The translations under genes and the position numbers were made by a program. Below the pieces are notes generated by a model. That model made no database searches. It was not told the DNA's origin and worked only from the letters and a program-made list of their open reading frames with translations. A stretch of 64,000 nt of DNA, from the NCBI GenBank assembly GCA_002189035.1, contig NEEC01000029.1, forward strand, positions 1 to 64,000, given 5' to 3'. The stretch is from Utricularia gibba (lineage: Eukaryota > Plantae > Magnoliophyta). Shown here in pieces: positions 39,001-49,276 of this stretch (position 1 is its first letter; every line of letters starts with the position of its first letter).

Positions 39001-41931
39001 TTATATTAGCCTTCAGATGCACCACAAAGTGGCCACCACGTTCGCGACGATGCGACTTGTAACACCAGAATCGACGCGATTGTGATTTTCGGCTTGCAAA
39101 ACATCTGCGTTTTGTTGGGTGATGTGAAATATGGGTTTTCGAGGCGATCTTTGCACATGCTTAGGGTGTGCCACTACGTGAAGCCTCATGGTTTCCTCGC
39201 ACACCGTTCGGCATCTCGTCGATATCCTAAAGACCGTGATGAGTCACACTGCGCCCGGAATACCGTTTCGAAGCTCGTTCCAACCGGTCATCTTCCGTGT
39301 TGAAAGCCTCTTCGTCCAACGATGCATCAGAGCTCGAATTATCGCCTTCTACTAGCCTTCAGATGCGCCACAAAGTGGCCACCACGTTCGCAACGATGCG
39401 ACTTGTAACACCAGAATCGACGCGATTGTGATTTTCGGCTTGCAAAACATCTACGTTTTTTCGGGTGATGTGAAATGTGGGTTTTCGAGGCGATCTTTGC
39501 ACATGCATAGGGTGTGTCACTACGTGAAGCCTCATGGTTTCCTCGCACACCGTTCGGCATCTCGTCGATATCCTTAAGACCGTGATGAGTCACGCTGCGC
39601 CCGGCATACCGTTTCGAAGCTCGTTCCGAGCCGGTCATCTTCTGTGTTGAAAGCTTCTTCGTCCGAGGATGCATCAGAGCTCGAATTATCGCCTTCTATT
39701 AGCCTTCACATGTGCCACAAAGTGGCCACCACGTTCGCGACGATGCGACTCGTAACACAAGAATCAACGCGATTGTGATTTTCGGCGAGCAAAACATCTG
39801 CGTTTTGTTGGGTGATGTGAAATATGGGTTTTCGAGGCGATCTTTGCACATGCTCAGGGTGGGTCCCTACCCGCAGCCTCATGGTGGCCTCGCAACTTTT
39901 TCCATATCTCGTCAATATCCTGAAGACCGTGATGAGTCACGCTACGCCCGGCATACCGTTTCGAAGCTCGTTCCGAGCCGGTCATCTTTTATATTAGATG
40001 CTTCTTCGTCCGAGGATGCATAAGAGCTCTAATCATTGCCTTATATTAGCCATCAGATGTGCTACAAATTGGTACCGCGTTCGCGATGACGCGACTCGGA
40101 ACACCAGAATCGACGCGATTTGGATTCTCGGCTTGGAATCATCTGCGTTTTTTAGGATGATGTGAAATTTCGATTTTCTAAGCAATCTATGAAGATGCTA
40201 TGGGTGTGTCCATATCCACAGCCTCATGGTGACCAAGTACACCGTTCGGTAAATATCTTGCAAACCGTGATTAGTCATGTTGTGCCTGGCATACCATTTC
40301 GAAGCTCGTTCCGAGCTGGTTATCTTTTGTGTTGAAAGCTTCTTCGTCTGAGGATGCATCAAAGCTCGAATTATTGCCTTATATTAGCCTTCAGATGTGC
40401 TATTTAGTGGCACCACGTTCGTGACGACGTGACTCGGAACACCAGAATCGACGCGATTCTGATTCTCAACTTGCGAATTATCTGAGTTTTATAGGATGAT
40501 GTGAAATTTCGTTTTGTTAAGCGATCTGTGAAGATGCTATGGGTGTGTCCATATCCACAGTCTCATGGTGGCCTCGCATACCGTTTGGTATCTCGTCAAT
40601 ATCTTGCAAACCGTGATGAGTCACGCTGCGCCCAGCATACCGTTTCGAAGCTCGTTCCGAGCCGGTCATCTTTCGTGTTGAAAGCTTCTTCATCCACGGA
40701 TGCATCAGAGCTTGAATTATTGCCTTATATTAGCCTTCAGATGTGCTACAAATTGGCCTCCACGTTCGCGACGACGCGACTCGGAACACCAGAATCGACG
40801 CGATTGTGATTCTCGTCTTGCGAATCATCTACGTTTTATAGGATGATGTGAAATTTCGGTTTTCAAGGCGATCCCTTTAGGGGCTATGTGTGTGTCGCTA
40901 CTCCAAGCTTCATGGTGGCCAAGTACACTGTTCGGTATCTCGTCAATATCTTGCAAACCGTGATGAGTCACGCTACGCAAGGCATAGCGTCTCTACCGAG
41001 TCAGTTATCTTTTGTGTGTAGAACTTCTTCGTTCGAGGATGCATCAGAGCCTAAATTATTGCCTTATGTTAGCATTCAGTTGTGCACAAAGTGGCTACCA
41101 CGTTCACGACGATGCGACTTGGGACACCCAACTCCACGCGATGTGATTTTTCATCTTGCAAAACATATGGGTTTCATTGGACGAGCTGAAATTTCAGTTT
41201 TCAAGGTGATCCATTTGGATTCTATGGGTGTGTCCTTACCCACAATCTCATGATAGCCTCGTGCACTTTTCCGTATCTAGTCGATTTATTGAAAACCACG
41301 ATGGGTCATGCTGCACAAGGCATACTGTTTCGAAGCTGCTTCTGAGCTGGTCATCTTTTATGTTGAGAACCTCTTCGTCCGAAGATGCATCAGAGCTCGA
41401 ATTGTTGTCTTATATTATCCTTCAGATGTTCCACAATATGGCCACCACTTTCGTGACAATGCGACTCGAGACCGCCAACTCAATGCAATTGTGATTTTTG
41501 GCTTTCAAAACATATGGGTTTCATTGGACGAGCGGAAATTTGTGTTTTGAGGCGTCCCCTTAAGATGCTATGGGTGTGTCCTCACCCACAACCTCATGGT
41601 GGCCTCGTGCGCTGTTCCATATCTAGTCGATTTATTGAAAACCATGATGAGTCATGCTGCACAAGGTATACTGTTTCGACGCTTCTTCTGAGCCGATCAT
41701 CTTTTATGTTGAGAAATTTTTCGTCCGAAGATGCATCAGAGCTCGAATTATTGTCCTATATTAGCCTTCAGATGTGCCACAACATGGCCACTACGTTCGC
41801 GACGATGCGACTCAGGGCAGCCAACTCGATGCGAATTTGATTTTCGGTTTGGAAAACATATGTGTTTCATTGTACGTGTTGAAATTTTTGTTTTCGAGGT
41901 GATCCCTTAAGATGGTATAGGTGTGTCCCTA
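1..41931. repeat. Tandem satellite array, ~345-bp monomer, about 120 head-to-tail copies, continuing beyond the left edge of the window
   Basis: The motif cttagggtgt recurs at 1, 344, 687, 1030, 1366 and so on, always in the same orientation. Consensus: cttagggtgtgtccctacccgaagcctcatggtttcctcgcacaccgttcggcatctcgtcgatatcctgaagaccgtgatgagtcacgctgcgcccggaataccgtttcgaagctcgttccgagccggtcatcttccgtgttgaaagcttcttcgtccgaggatgcatcagagctcgaattatcgccttctattagccttcagatgcgccacaaagtggccaccacgttcgcgacgatgcgacttggaacaccaaaatcgacgcgattgtgattttcggcttgcaaaacatctgcgttttttcgggtgatgtgaaatatgggttttcgaggcgatctttgcacatg. The last recognisable bases are gtgtgtcccta at 41,921-41,931. Confidence 0.98.
38430..41931. repeat. 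Diverged (older) satellite monomers at the array edge, about 10 copies
   Basis: The period and landmarks are the same (ttcttcgtccgaggatgcatc, ttagccttcagat, cacgttcgcgac), but substitutions, mainly C>T and G>A, increase toward 41.9 kb. Confidence 0.93.
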
Positions 41932-42135
41932 TCAATAGAGCAGTATATGCTAGGAAGATAACGCGTGTTTCTCCAATTCCTTTTTAATCATAAACGTTGG
42001 TGGATTCGGTACATCAATAGACACCTAAAGGTTTTGTTGAGGTTCCATTATACAAGTCCCATAGTTCAGAGGCTGGTGTATGATCACTGGAATGGTGTTG
42101 ACACTGGGAACAGCCTTAGGCTGATCCATACTTCA

Positions 42136-43047
42136 TCAATCAACTATAGAAACACAACCAGCATAGTCTGAAATGCTCAAATAACCTAACACATAATGCA
42201 CGTCCTTGGTTGGAAACCAACGCTTTTTCTTTAGTTTCTGTGCCAAAATAACATGAGGGATATAGGAACTTACTCCAATAATTGCACAACAAATACTCTC
42301 ATACATATATTTCTATCAGCCTTCCAATCATACCGAAAACTTCCTGTAATATCCAAAACCAGAATGGAAGAAATAATCTGAGTCGATACACGATTAAATA
42401 AGTTAGCAAAAAGTCTACAACTCCACAACCAATAAAATATGTGAAAATAAATATTGATAAAGCTCTGCACCGAGGAATGAATTGCTCCTCATTCCTAAGA
42501 TCAGAGGCTGGCATTCCTATTAAATGAAGCAAAAGCTCACTGCAGAACGTAAACATGATCCCTCCAAGAACAAGATACAATATCAAAACCAGCAGTCTCA
42601 AAGCAAGAACTAAAAACGTAAAATACCCACCTTAGATCTATGCTGCAATCCTCTAAAAATCTTTTACCTAAGCCAATTCAGTTCTAAGAACGCTTCTTTT
42701 GTACTACTACTCTAAAGCCTACATTTTTGGTACACATTCTCGTACTTTTATTCTATTAAATTTCCAATCACAACAATGATGTAATTCACATACAATTTTT
42801 TGTTTATTACAAATTTGGCCCTCCCTCAACCCCCCCCCCCCACCCACCTTGATGCTTGGAGCTGATGAGGATTTTCATAAATCATACCGCCGCCTCCCCA
42901 CATCACACGAGTGCTAAATTTCCCAATTCCTGTTGCACTTGAAACCAGCAGTCGAAAATTGAACCATATCCTGTTTCCGATTGCACGCAAAGAGTTAAGA
43001 AACCCCGCCGCCACACCGGATTGAACGATATACTCAACCTTGATCAA
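42136..43047 (-). other. Candidate spliced transcription unit (small protein, pseudogene fragment or lncRNA) facing the satellite
   Basis: Phase-consistent GT-AG chain on the minus strand: 42903-42848, 42642-42631, 42539-42471, 42343-42334, 42237-42136. A further perfect GTAAGT donor lies at 42273 and a site II cluster lies upstream. No recognised homology, and the exon chain was picked by eye. Confidence 0.3.
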
Positions 43048-43210
43048 TCCATCGCCGACGTGTTATCAACAGACGAAGGACCAATTTCCCCAACCGTAGA
43101 AGGCAACGTTTTCTTTACTAGGCTCAATTAATTAAATCCAGTGGACCCATACAAAGCTCAACCTAGGAATCGGCCTTTTTATTTGATTGCCATTTAGCTT
43201 GTAACGTATA

Positions 43211-43268
43211 TGGGCTCCAAAATGTATTAATTATCTACCCAAGCGAATGGCCCACTTCACGAAGCCCA
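43211..43268. promoter_or_regulatory. Cluster of three site II (TGGGCY, TCP-type) elements
   Basis: TGGGCT at 43211, GGCCCA at 43249 and AGCCCA at 43263, within 60 bp. Confidence 0.45.
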
Positions 43269-43367
43269 ACGTTTCATAAATTGTTTAATATTTTATTATA
43301 TAATTTAACATAAAATACAGTTTACGGCTTTAAATTTAAAATATATTAGATAAATGTATTCATGTAT

Positions 43368-44508
43368 TGATAATTAATTTTGTGTCATTCCAAAACATGT
43401 TCTTCCATTAGTCTTGAATGTTGTTTTTACTTATCTTAGACTCCACTTTCTCATTATTTTCAATCGATTTTATATCTTTCACACTACTTTGATCTTTTTG
43501 GAGAGAAAATGTATTTTATGGATTTTTAGGGCATTTGAGGAGAAATCAAGACCTACCAAATTATGGATTTGATGAGTCACAAATCTCATCTTAAGACTTA
43601 GTCAAACGATAAAGGTTTGGTCCAAGATTCGTGGATAAGATAGAGATATGAAGATGAACTTGAAAAATTTGAATAAAAGATTTGGATAGAAGATCTTATC
43701 TAAGCTCATCTAGAAAATCCAATACTAAGACTTGGATCTATTCTCCTGTAAATACTCCACTCTCTCGACTACTAGAGACGTCCTTTGACCATTTGTCCTT
43801 TGTATTTTTCCTATTTTCATGTCTATTTTTATGTTAGAATCAAGTCTGCGCGTATTGGCGCTTACGGCTAAGGATCTATGATGAAGCCTTGCTTGCGCAA
43901 GTCTTGCCCGTGTGACTGCTTTACTATGTTTTTCAACATTTAATTTGAGGTTTAATTATGTTTTTCGCAACGTTTTCTTTAGCAACGTGGTCTTTTGTAT
44001 CACATAACCCGAAGGGAGTGTGAAAGAATCAAAGGTTGGCCTCAATCACTTAAGGAGAAGTGCTCAATCAGACATCATTGGTAAAGCATATTCTTTCTAA
44101 TCTGTCTGCGAGTTCTGAGGTGTAGGGGTTAGATTTGGATGTGTGTAAAACATAGATTATCACAGGAGGTGAAATGACTTTGGTGGTGTGGTTGATTCTA
44201 TAATCCTACTAAATGAAGGACGGTGCTATAACAGTCACCGAGTAGCAAGGTGGATCCTAAATCCAAGTATATCAGTCTTCAAGCATGTTAGTCTTCAAGG
44301 TTTACACGCACAAGTTTGGACGAATTTTAAGCAAGATGGATCATAAATCCAAAGTCACTTTTCTTATTGTTTTTAAAACCAAATCTTTCTTTTATTTTCA
44401 ATCTTTTTCAATCTTTCTTTGAAAAGAAAATTTCAATAACAATTACATCTGGATACGATCTTATTTTATTACTTCGACAGTTTTTTTGCACTTGCAGAAT
44501 CACTATCA
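43368..44508 (+). mobile_element. Probable solo or truncated LTR of an Athila/Tat-like Ty3-gypsy retrotransposon
   Basis: The termini TGATAAT...ACTATCA form an imperfect inverted repeat (TG..CA). The 3' end, tggatacgatc...ttacttcgac...tgcacttgcag...atca-agttt, resembles my recollection of Athila-type LTR ends. No PBS or gag-pol follows, and the flanks (tgtat / agttt) do not form a clean TSD. The 5' boundary is uncertain. Confidence 0.5.
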
Positions 44509-44765
44509 AGTTTAAATATAAAACTTTAATATAAAAACCAGCTATATAAACTATATACAAAGTTTAATATAAAATATATTTTTTCATTTCTAGACTTTTA
44601 ATAAATTAAAAGCCAAATAACATCATTTTAAAGCATAACATATTTCTAATATAGAATATAAATTCATTTTTATTTAATTTTTAATTTTAATTTTTCAAAA
44701 TTTTGTCAAACATAATTTATATAAGATTCGTGGGGACCCATGGGATTCGTTGTCATGTGCGACGC

Positions 44766-44771
44766 CACGTG
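44766..44771. promoter_or_regulatory. G-box (CACGTG) in a GC-rich island about 1 kb upstream of the acidic-protein gene
   Basis: gacgcCACGTGctagg, with neighbouring gccacgcc, inside AT-rich flanks. Motif match only. Confidence 0.3.
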
Positions 44772-45644
44772 CTAGGCGCCACGCCCAAAGGCGCTCTTGC
44801 AGCCCCGCCCCGGCCCGCCCACATGGTCGCGTCCTTATCCCCAATCGCCCTTGAAATAGCGTGCTGCTGTCGGCATCTCACTAAATACTTTTGTACCCCC
44901 TGATAACGATTTTCTTTTTATAAAAAAAATAGAATAACACTCGGCTTAGGTTAATAAAATTTTTAAAAAAATAAAAAATATTATGGAGAACACACTCCGT
45001 GCACTCTCACGCAAGGATCACAATAACCCAATTTTATATTACATTTCCGTGCGTAATACCCAAACATTAAAAAAAAAAAACAGAAACAAAAATAGTAATT
45101 CACCGCCCGTTGTCCTAACTTCTAATAGGAATCTATTGGCGGTCAGTTGAGAATACTGTAATATCGGCATGCGGGGGGCGCATCTCCACCGCCCAAATAT
45201 TTTTCATCAGATTTTATTTTATTTTATTAATATTGTATCAGATTTAAAATAAAATAAATAACATCTCGCATTTTAATAATGTTGGAAAAAAAATAAAGGT
45301 GAGAGCAAGTGGTCACCGGTGCCATTGATCCAACGTGGCAACAGATGGGCAGTGGGTCCCGCGTCACGAGCCACGCGCTTTTTGGGAAAGGCTGAACCGG
45401 GGCGGGGGAGGCTTCGGTCCAATAATAATAAATTATTTATTTACCTCGATTTACCAAGACACTTTCCTCATAATTGTAATGTAAATAATCCTGAGCGGTT
45501 GGCAGTGTGTGTGGGAAAAAATGTAAAAAGTTATTTATGTCGTTTATTAGGTGTATCAGGATGACACGACACGCATTAGCATCGCCCGTATGAGTGGTAC
45601 ACCTTTTACCGCCGTAAAAAGTTATTCAAGTGTGTGAGTTGTAG

Positions 45645-45652
45645 TATAAATA
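45645..45652 (+). promoter_or_regulatory. TATA box of the acidic-protein gene
   Basis: TATAAATA about 110 bp upstream of the ATG at 45758, followed by a pyrimidine-rich 5' UTR. Confidence 0.6.
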
Positions 45653-45757
45653 GCCCTCGTCTCTTGATTCCTCCGATACACCGTTTTTCTCTAATTTGCT
45701 TGGTGCCTGTCCAGTTTCCTCCTCATTTTCCCGTTGGTGTGTTTTGCGGTGGTGAAA

Positions 45758-46751
45758 ATGGCTACTCCTGAGGTATTCGTCTTCTCCGGGTGGAGATCCG
45801 ACATGGGGGTGGTGACGGTGTAGTTGGGGTGTCGAGTTTGTATGTAAACAGGGGATTCTGTGCGGTGGATCTTGTAAACTACGAAAGTTGATGAAATTCG
45901 TTATTCATTCTTCTTGGATCGCGTGTGTTCGTGATCTCATGATCGTCGTCTGGGAGGGAGATCGGTGAATTTGGGATTGGGATCGGTGTGTTTGTTTGTT
46001 TGTTTTTTGTTGGTGATGTATTGGATGATTTTGTGCGCAGGTTGAGATTCCAGTTCCCGAGGGGACGCCGGAAGTAGCTGAGCCTGCCGTGGAGGAGCCA
46101 GCGGGGGTGGATGAGTCGATCGACGAGGAAACAGGGGTTGCCACTGAAGGAACTCCAGAGGAAGAGGCAGCGGTTTCGGGAGAGCCTGCCACCGCGGAAA
46201 CAGAGGTCACCCCTGAGGAGGCTCTGGCGGAGGAAGTGACAGAGGAACCCCCAGCCGAGGATGCGACGGAGGAAACACGAGTCCCAGAAGAGGAAATTCC
46301 CACGGAGGAAGTGACAGAGGCGCTAGCTGCCGCGGAGGACGCCCCTGAAGCAGAGGAGCCCGATGTCGAGGAAGAAACTCCGGCTGTTGAAGAATCACTG
46401 GCGGAGGAAGAGGCAGAGGATCCAACTGTGGAGGCAGAATCACCAGCGGATGAAGTGACAGAGGAGCCCGCTGTGGCGGTAGAATCGCCGACCGATGAGG
46501 TGACAGAGGATCCCGCCGTGGAGGAAGTCACAGAGGAGCCCGCTGTGGAGGCAGAATCACTGGCCGATGAAGTGACAGAGGAGCCCGTCGCCGAACAAGA
46601 ATTTCCGGGGGAGGAAGTTACAGAGGAGCCCGCGGTGGAGGCAGAAACCCCACTTGATGAAGAAACACCCGAAGAGGAAGTGACAGGCGGGCCTGCCACT
46701 AAGGAAACTCCAGCCGTACAAGAAGCAGAGGCCCCTGAAACAACTCCATAA
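45758..46751 (+). CDS. Acidic Glu/Pro/Thr/Ala/Val-rich intrinsically disordered protein, Hev b 5 / pKIWI501 / CCaP-like, 241 aa
   Basis: Exon 1 is 45758-45772 (MATPE, donor gtattc) and exon 2 is 46041-46751 (after gcgcag, in frame with the track ORF at 46089). The MATPE|VE start resembles the MATVEV/MASVEV N-termini of this family, and the composition fits. Confidence 0.75.
46428..46680 (+). repeat. Coding tandem repeat, ~45-nt unit (VEAESxxDEVTEEPA)
   Basis: Units start at 46428, 46473, 46518 (27-nt short unit), 46545, 46590 and 46635. Confidence 0.85.
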
Positions 46752-47228
46752 AAGACGGGTGGCGGAGTTATTTTCCGGTGGAATCAACGGTGTCTTTCGG
46801 TATCTTCACTGAATTGGATTTGGCAATATTCATTACTCATATGATTGTGGTATTTGGTTGAATAATATGGTATTTTTCATGTCTGTTGTGTTGTACCCAT
46901 ATGTTATGATGTGTATGGTGCAGTGGTCCGCTTTTCTTTCATTGGTCCCCATCCACATCACAGTTCCAACTCATTTATGCTTCTCAAAATAAATATGGTT
47001 TTGATATAAAATTATATTATATATAACATAATGAAAATTGATACCCTTTGACCTTTCCTGATTCGACACGTGGAGAGTAGTAGCAACCAATGAAGAGTTG
47101 ACATGTGGTGTTCTTCAACTCAACGAATAACCGTAACAACTGTTTTGTCGGCGTCACTTGCTGTTTCGTCACCAGAAACACGCACTAAAAGGTGTGTTTT
47201 GTCTTCCTCCGTTTTTGCAGGCGGAGCC

Positions 47229-48603
47229 ATGGACCTTGTTCTTCATCTCTTCCTCATCCCTCTCACGATTTCTCTTTTCTTCTGGGGCGTCCACGGCCAA
47301 TCCTGCTCCGGCTACGCCTTTGCCGGCGACCTTTCCTTCCGCAACTGCACGGATCTTCCGTATCTAAACTCTTTTCTCTACTGGAACTACGATTCTTCGA
47401 CCAACTCCGTCGGTATCGCTTTCCGTCAAAGCGGAGCCTCTCCGAGTCAGTGGGCGGCGTGGGGCCTGAACCCTACTGGAACAGGTATGACCGGCACTCA
47501 GGCCCTGGTGGCGTTTCAGCAACCGAATGGAAGCATGGCGGCGTACACGACGCCGATCTCCAGTTTATACCCGGCGATGCTTCCAGGGGAATTGAGTTTT
47601 CCGGTAACGAATCTGACGGCGAGTTTTACCGGGAGTGATATCATCATTTTCGCTACCCTGAGTTTGGCCAACTTGAACGGCTCCGTCAATCAAATATGGC
47701 AACAGGGTCCTCTCTCCGGCGATTCGCTGCTGCCCCACAATCAGTACGGCGCCAATTTGCAGTCCATGGGGACCGTCGACTTCCAGTCCGGGACCACCAC
47801 CAACGGCGGTGGAAATTCCGTTCAACGGCAAAGAAACGTGAGTCAATCTTACCATTAATTGCGTATTATATTCCTAGAGATTTTTTTGACTAAATGCATT
47901 AATAAATGAATTTTAAATCGTAATTAAAAATGTAACAAAAAACTTGAGATATTTCCAGATCCATGGGGTGCTGAATGCAGTAGGGTGGGGGACCTTGATC
48001 CCGCTGGGGGCGATAATAGCGAGGTACATGAGAGTGTTCGAATCCGGCGACCCCGCCTGGTTCTACCTCCACATCTCGTGCCAAATCTCCGGGTACGCAA
48101 TCGGAGTCGCTGGCTGGGCAACCGGCCTCCGCCTCGGCTCCAAATCTCCGGGCGTGACCCATCCCACGCACCGAGCAATCGGCATCGCCATCTTCTCCCT
48201 AGCAACAGTTCAGGTAGTCGCCTTCGTGTTCTGCGTGTCACAATTACGATTCCCCTTCCAATATTAATTGGCGAAGGACGTGCAATGGCAGCTATCGGCT
48301 CTGCTTCTGAGACCCAGGAAGGGTCACAAGCACAGGCTCTTCTGGAACATCTACCATCACTCGGTGGGATACTCCATCATTATTCTGAGCATCATCAACA
48401 TCTTCAAGGGGTTCGGGATCCTGAGACCAGAGCACCGGTGGAGGAGCGCGTACATAGCGGCAATTGTCGTTCTTGCTACGATTGCCGCTCTTCTTGAGGT
48501 CTGCACGTGGATCGTGGTCTTGAGGAGGAGGAAGAAGAGCAAAGGGAACCGGACGGACCTTGGGATCCAGGGGACTGGACTCAATGGAGGATATATGGGA
48601 TAA
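47229..48603 (+). CDS. Cytochrome b561 and DOMON domain-containing protein (AIR12-like N-terminus), 391 aa
   Basis: Exons 47229-47837, 47959-48213 and 48292-48603, all GT-AG and phase 0. Signal peptide, DOMON motifs ([17 protein letters not shown]) and b561 motifs ([24 protein letters not shown]). Confidence 0.93.
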
Positions 48604-49276
48604 TTGGTTTTTTGAGGTATTTTATTTATCAATTAGAAGAAAAACACTTTAAATTTATATCAATAATTTAATCGTCAAATTTCAAAATTATATAAAAAAA
48701 AAACATATTAAGTCGTCAAAACCATACAATAAAAATCCAAATAAAGAGTTTTCAAATCTAGCAAATTAACACTTTTTGCATTCGCCTCTAGAGTTTGTTA
48801 AATTGAATAATATATTTATTTGGATTTATCATGTTTATATCTGGTATGATTGAAAATAACGATATTTATATTGCATGTTCAAGTTTCATAAGATGTATCG
48901 TTATAATTGAGTTAAAGTCAAAATCAATTAGTTTTACTAACATGAGAGTTTAAATATGTAATTTCATAAATTTAGAAATAAATTATTTATAAAAAAAAGT
49001 AAATTAAAAAATCTATAATATAATTTTCAAACTTGAAAATTATATTTTTTATATTAATTGTAACATAAATGGATATCCACAAATTTCATGCACTGTATTA
49101 CACAACATGCCATTATTATATTTAATCAGAATTTATTTTCATTATTTGGAATGCAAAATGATATTTATTTAATTATTACATAATGCTCGTTAATGATTTT
49201 TCGAAATTTTGCTTAAATTTAAGGGAATATTTTGAAGCGTTGCATTATGGCATTTAATGACATAGCTATTTGGTGT

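Noticed and set aside
1-41931. Several hundred ORFs of 60-320 aa in the ORF track
   Set aside because: They are the same few peptides in shifting frames, produced by translating the satellite. They have no domain motifs and their frames break at random indels.
1-41931. CRISPR array, 5S rDNA or 45S rDNA
   Set aside because: There are no unique spacers, no 5S or other rRNA sequence is recognisable in the monomer, and the context is plant nuclear.
1-41931. True telomeric tract
   Set aside because: Only isolated TTAGGG or TTTAGGG motifs occur, never tandem.
42030-42145. Fleeting resemblance of LIDEVW and PVIIHQPLNYG to aminopeptidase P
   Set aside because: The two pieces are in different frames with stops and the neighbouring sequence does not match.
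42299-42601. Hydrophobic 100-aa minus-strand ORF as a stand-alone membrane protein
   Set aside because: It starts at TTG, and the hydrophobic stretches coincide with T-rich probable introns.
43570-43580. tgatgagtcac identical to a satellite 11-mer, suggesting an LTR origin of the satellite
   Set aside because: The match does not extend on either side, so chance is sufficient.
45905-46699. 264-aa Ser-rich minus-strand ORF
   Set aside because: It is the antisense shadow of the Glu-rich repetitive CDS.
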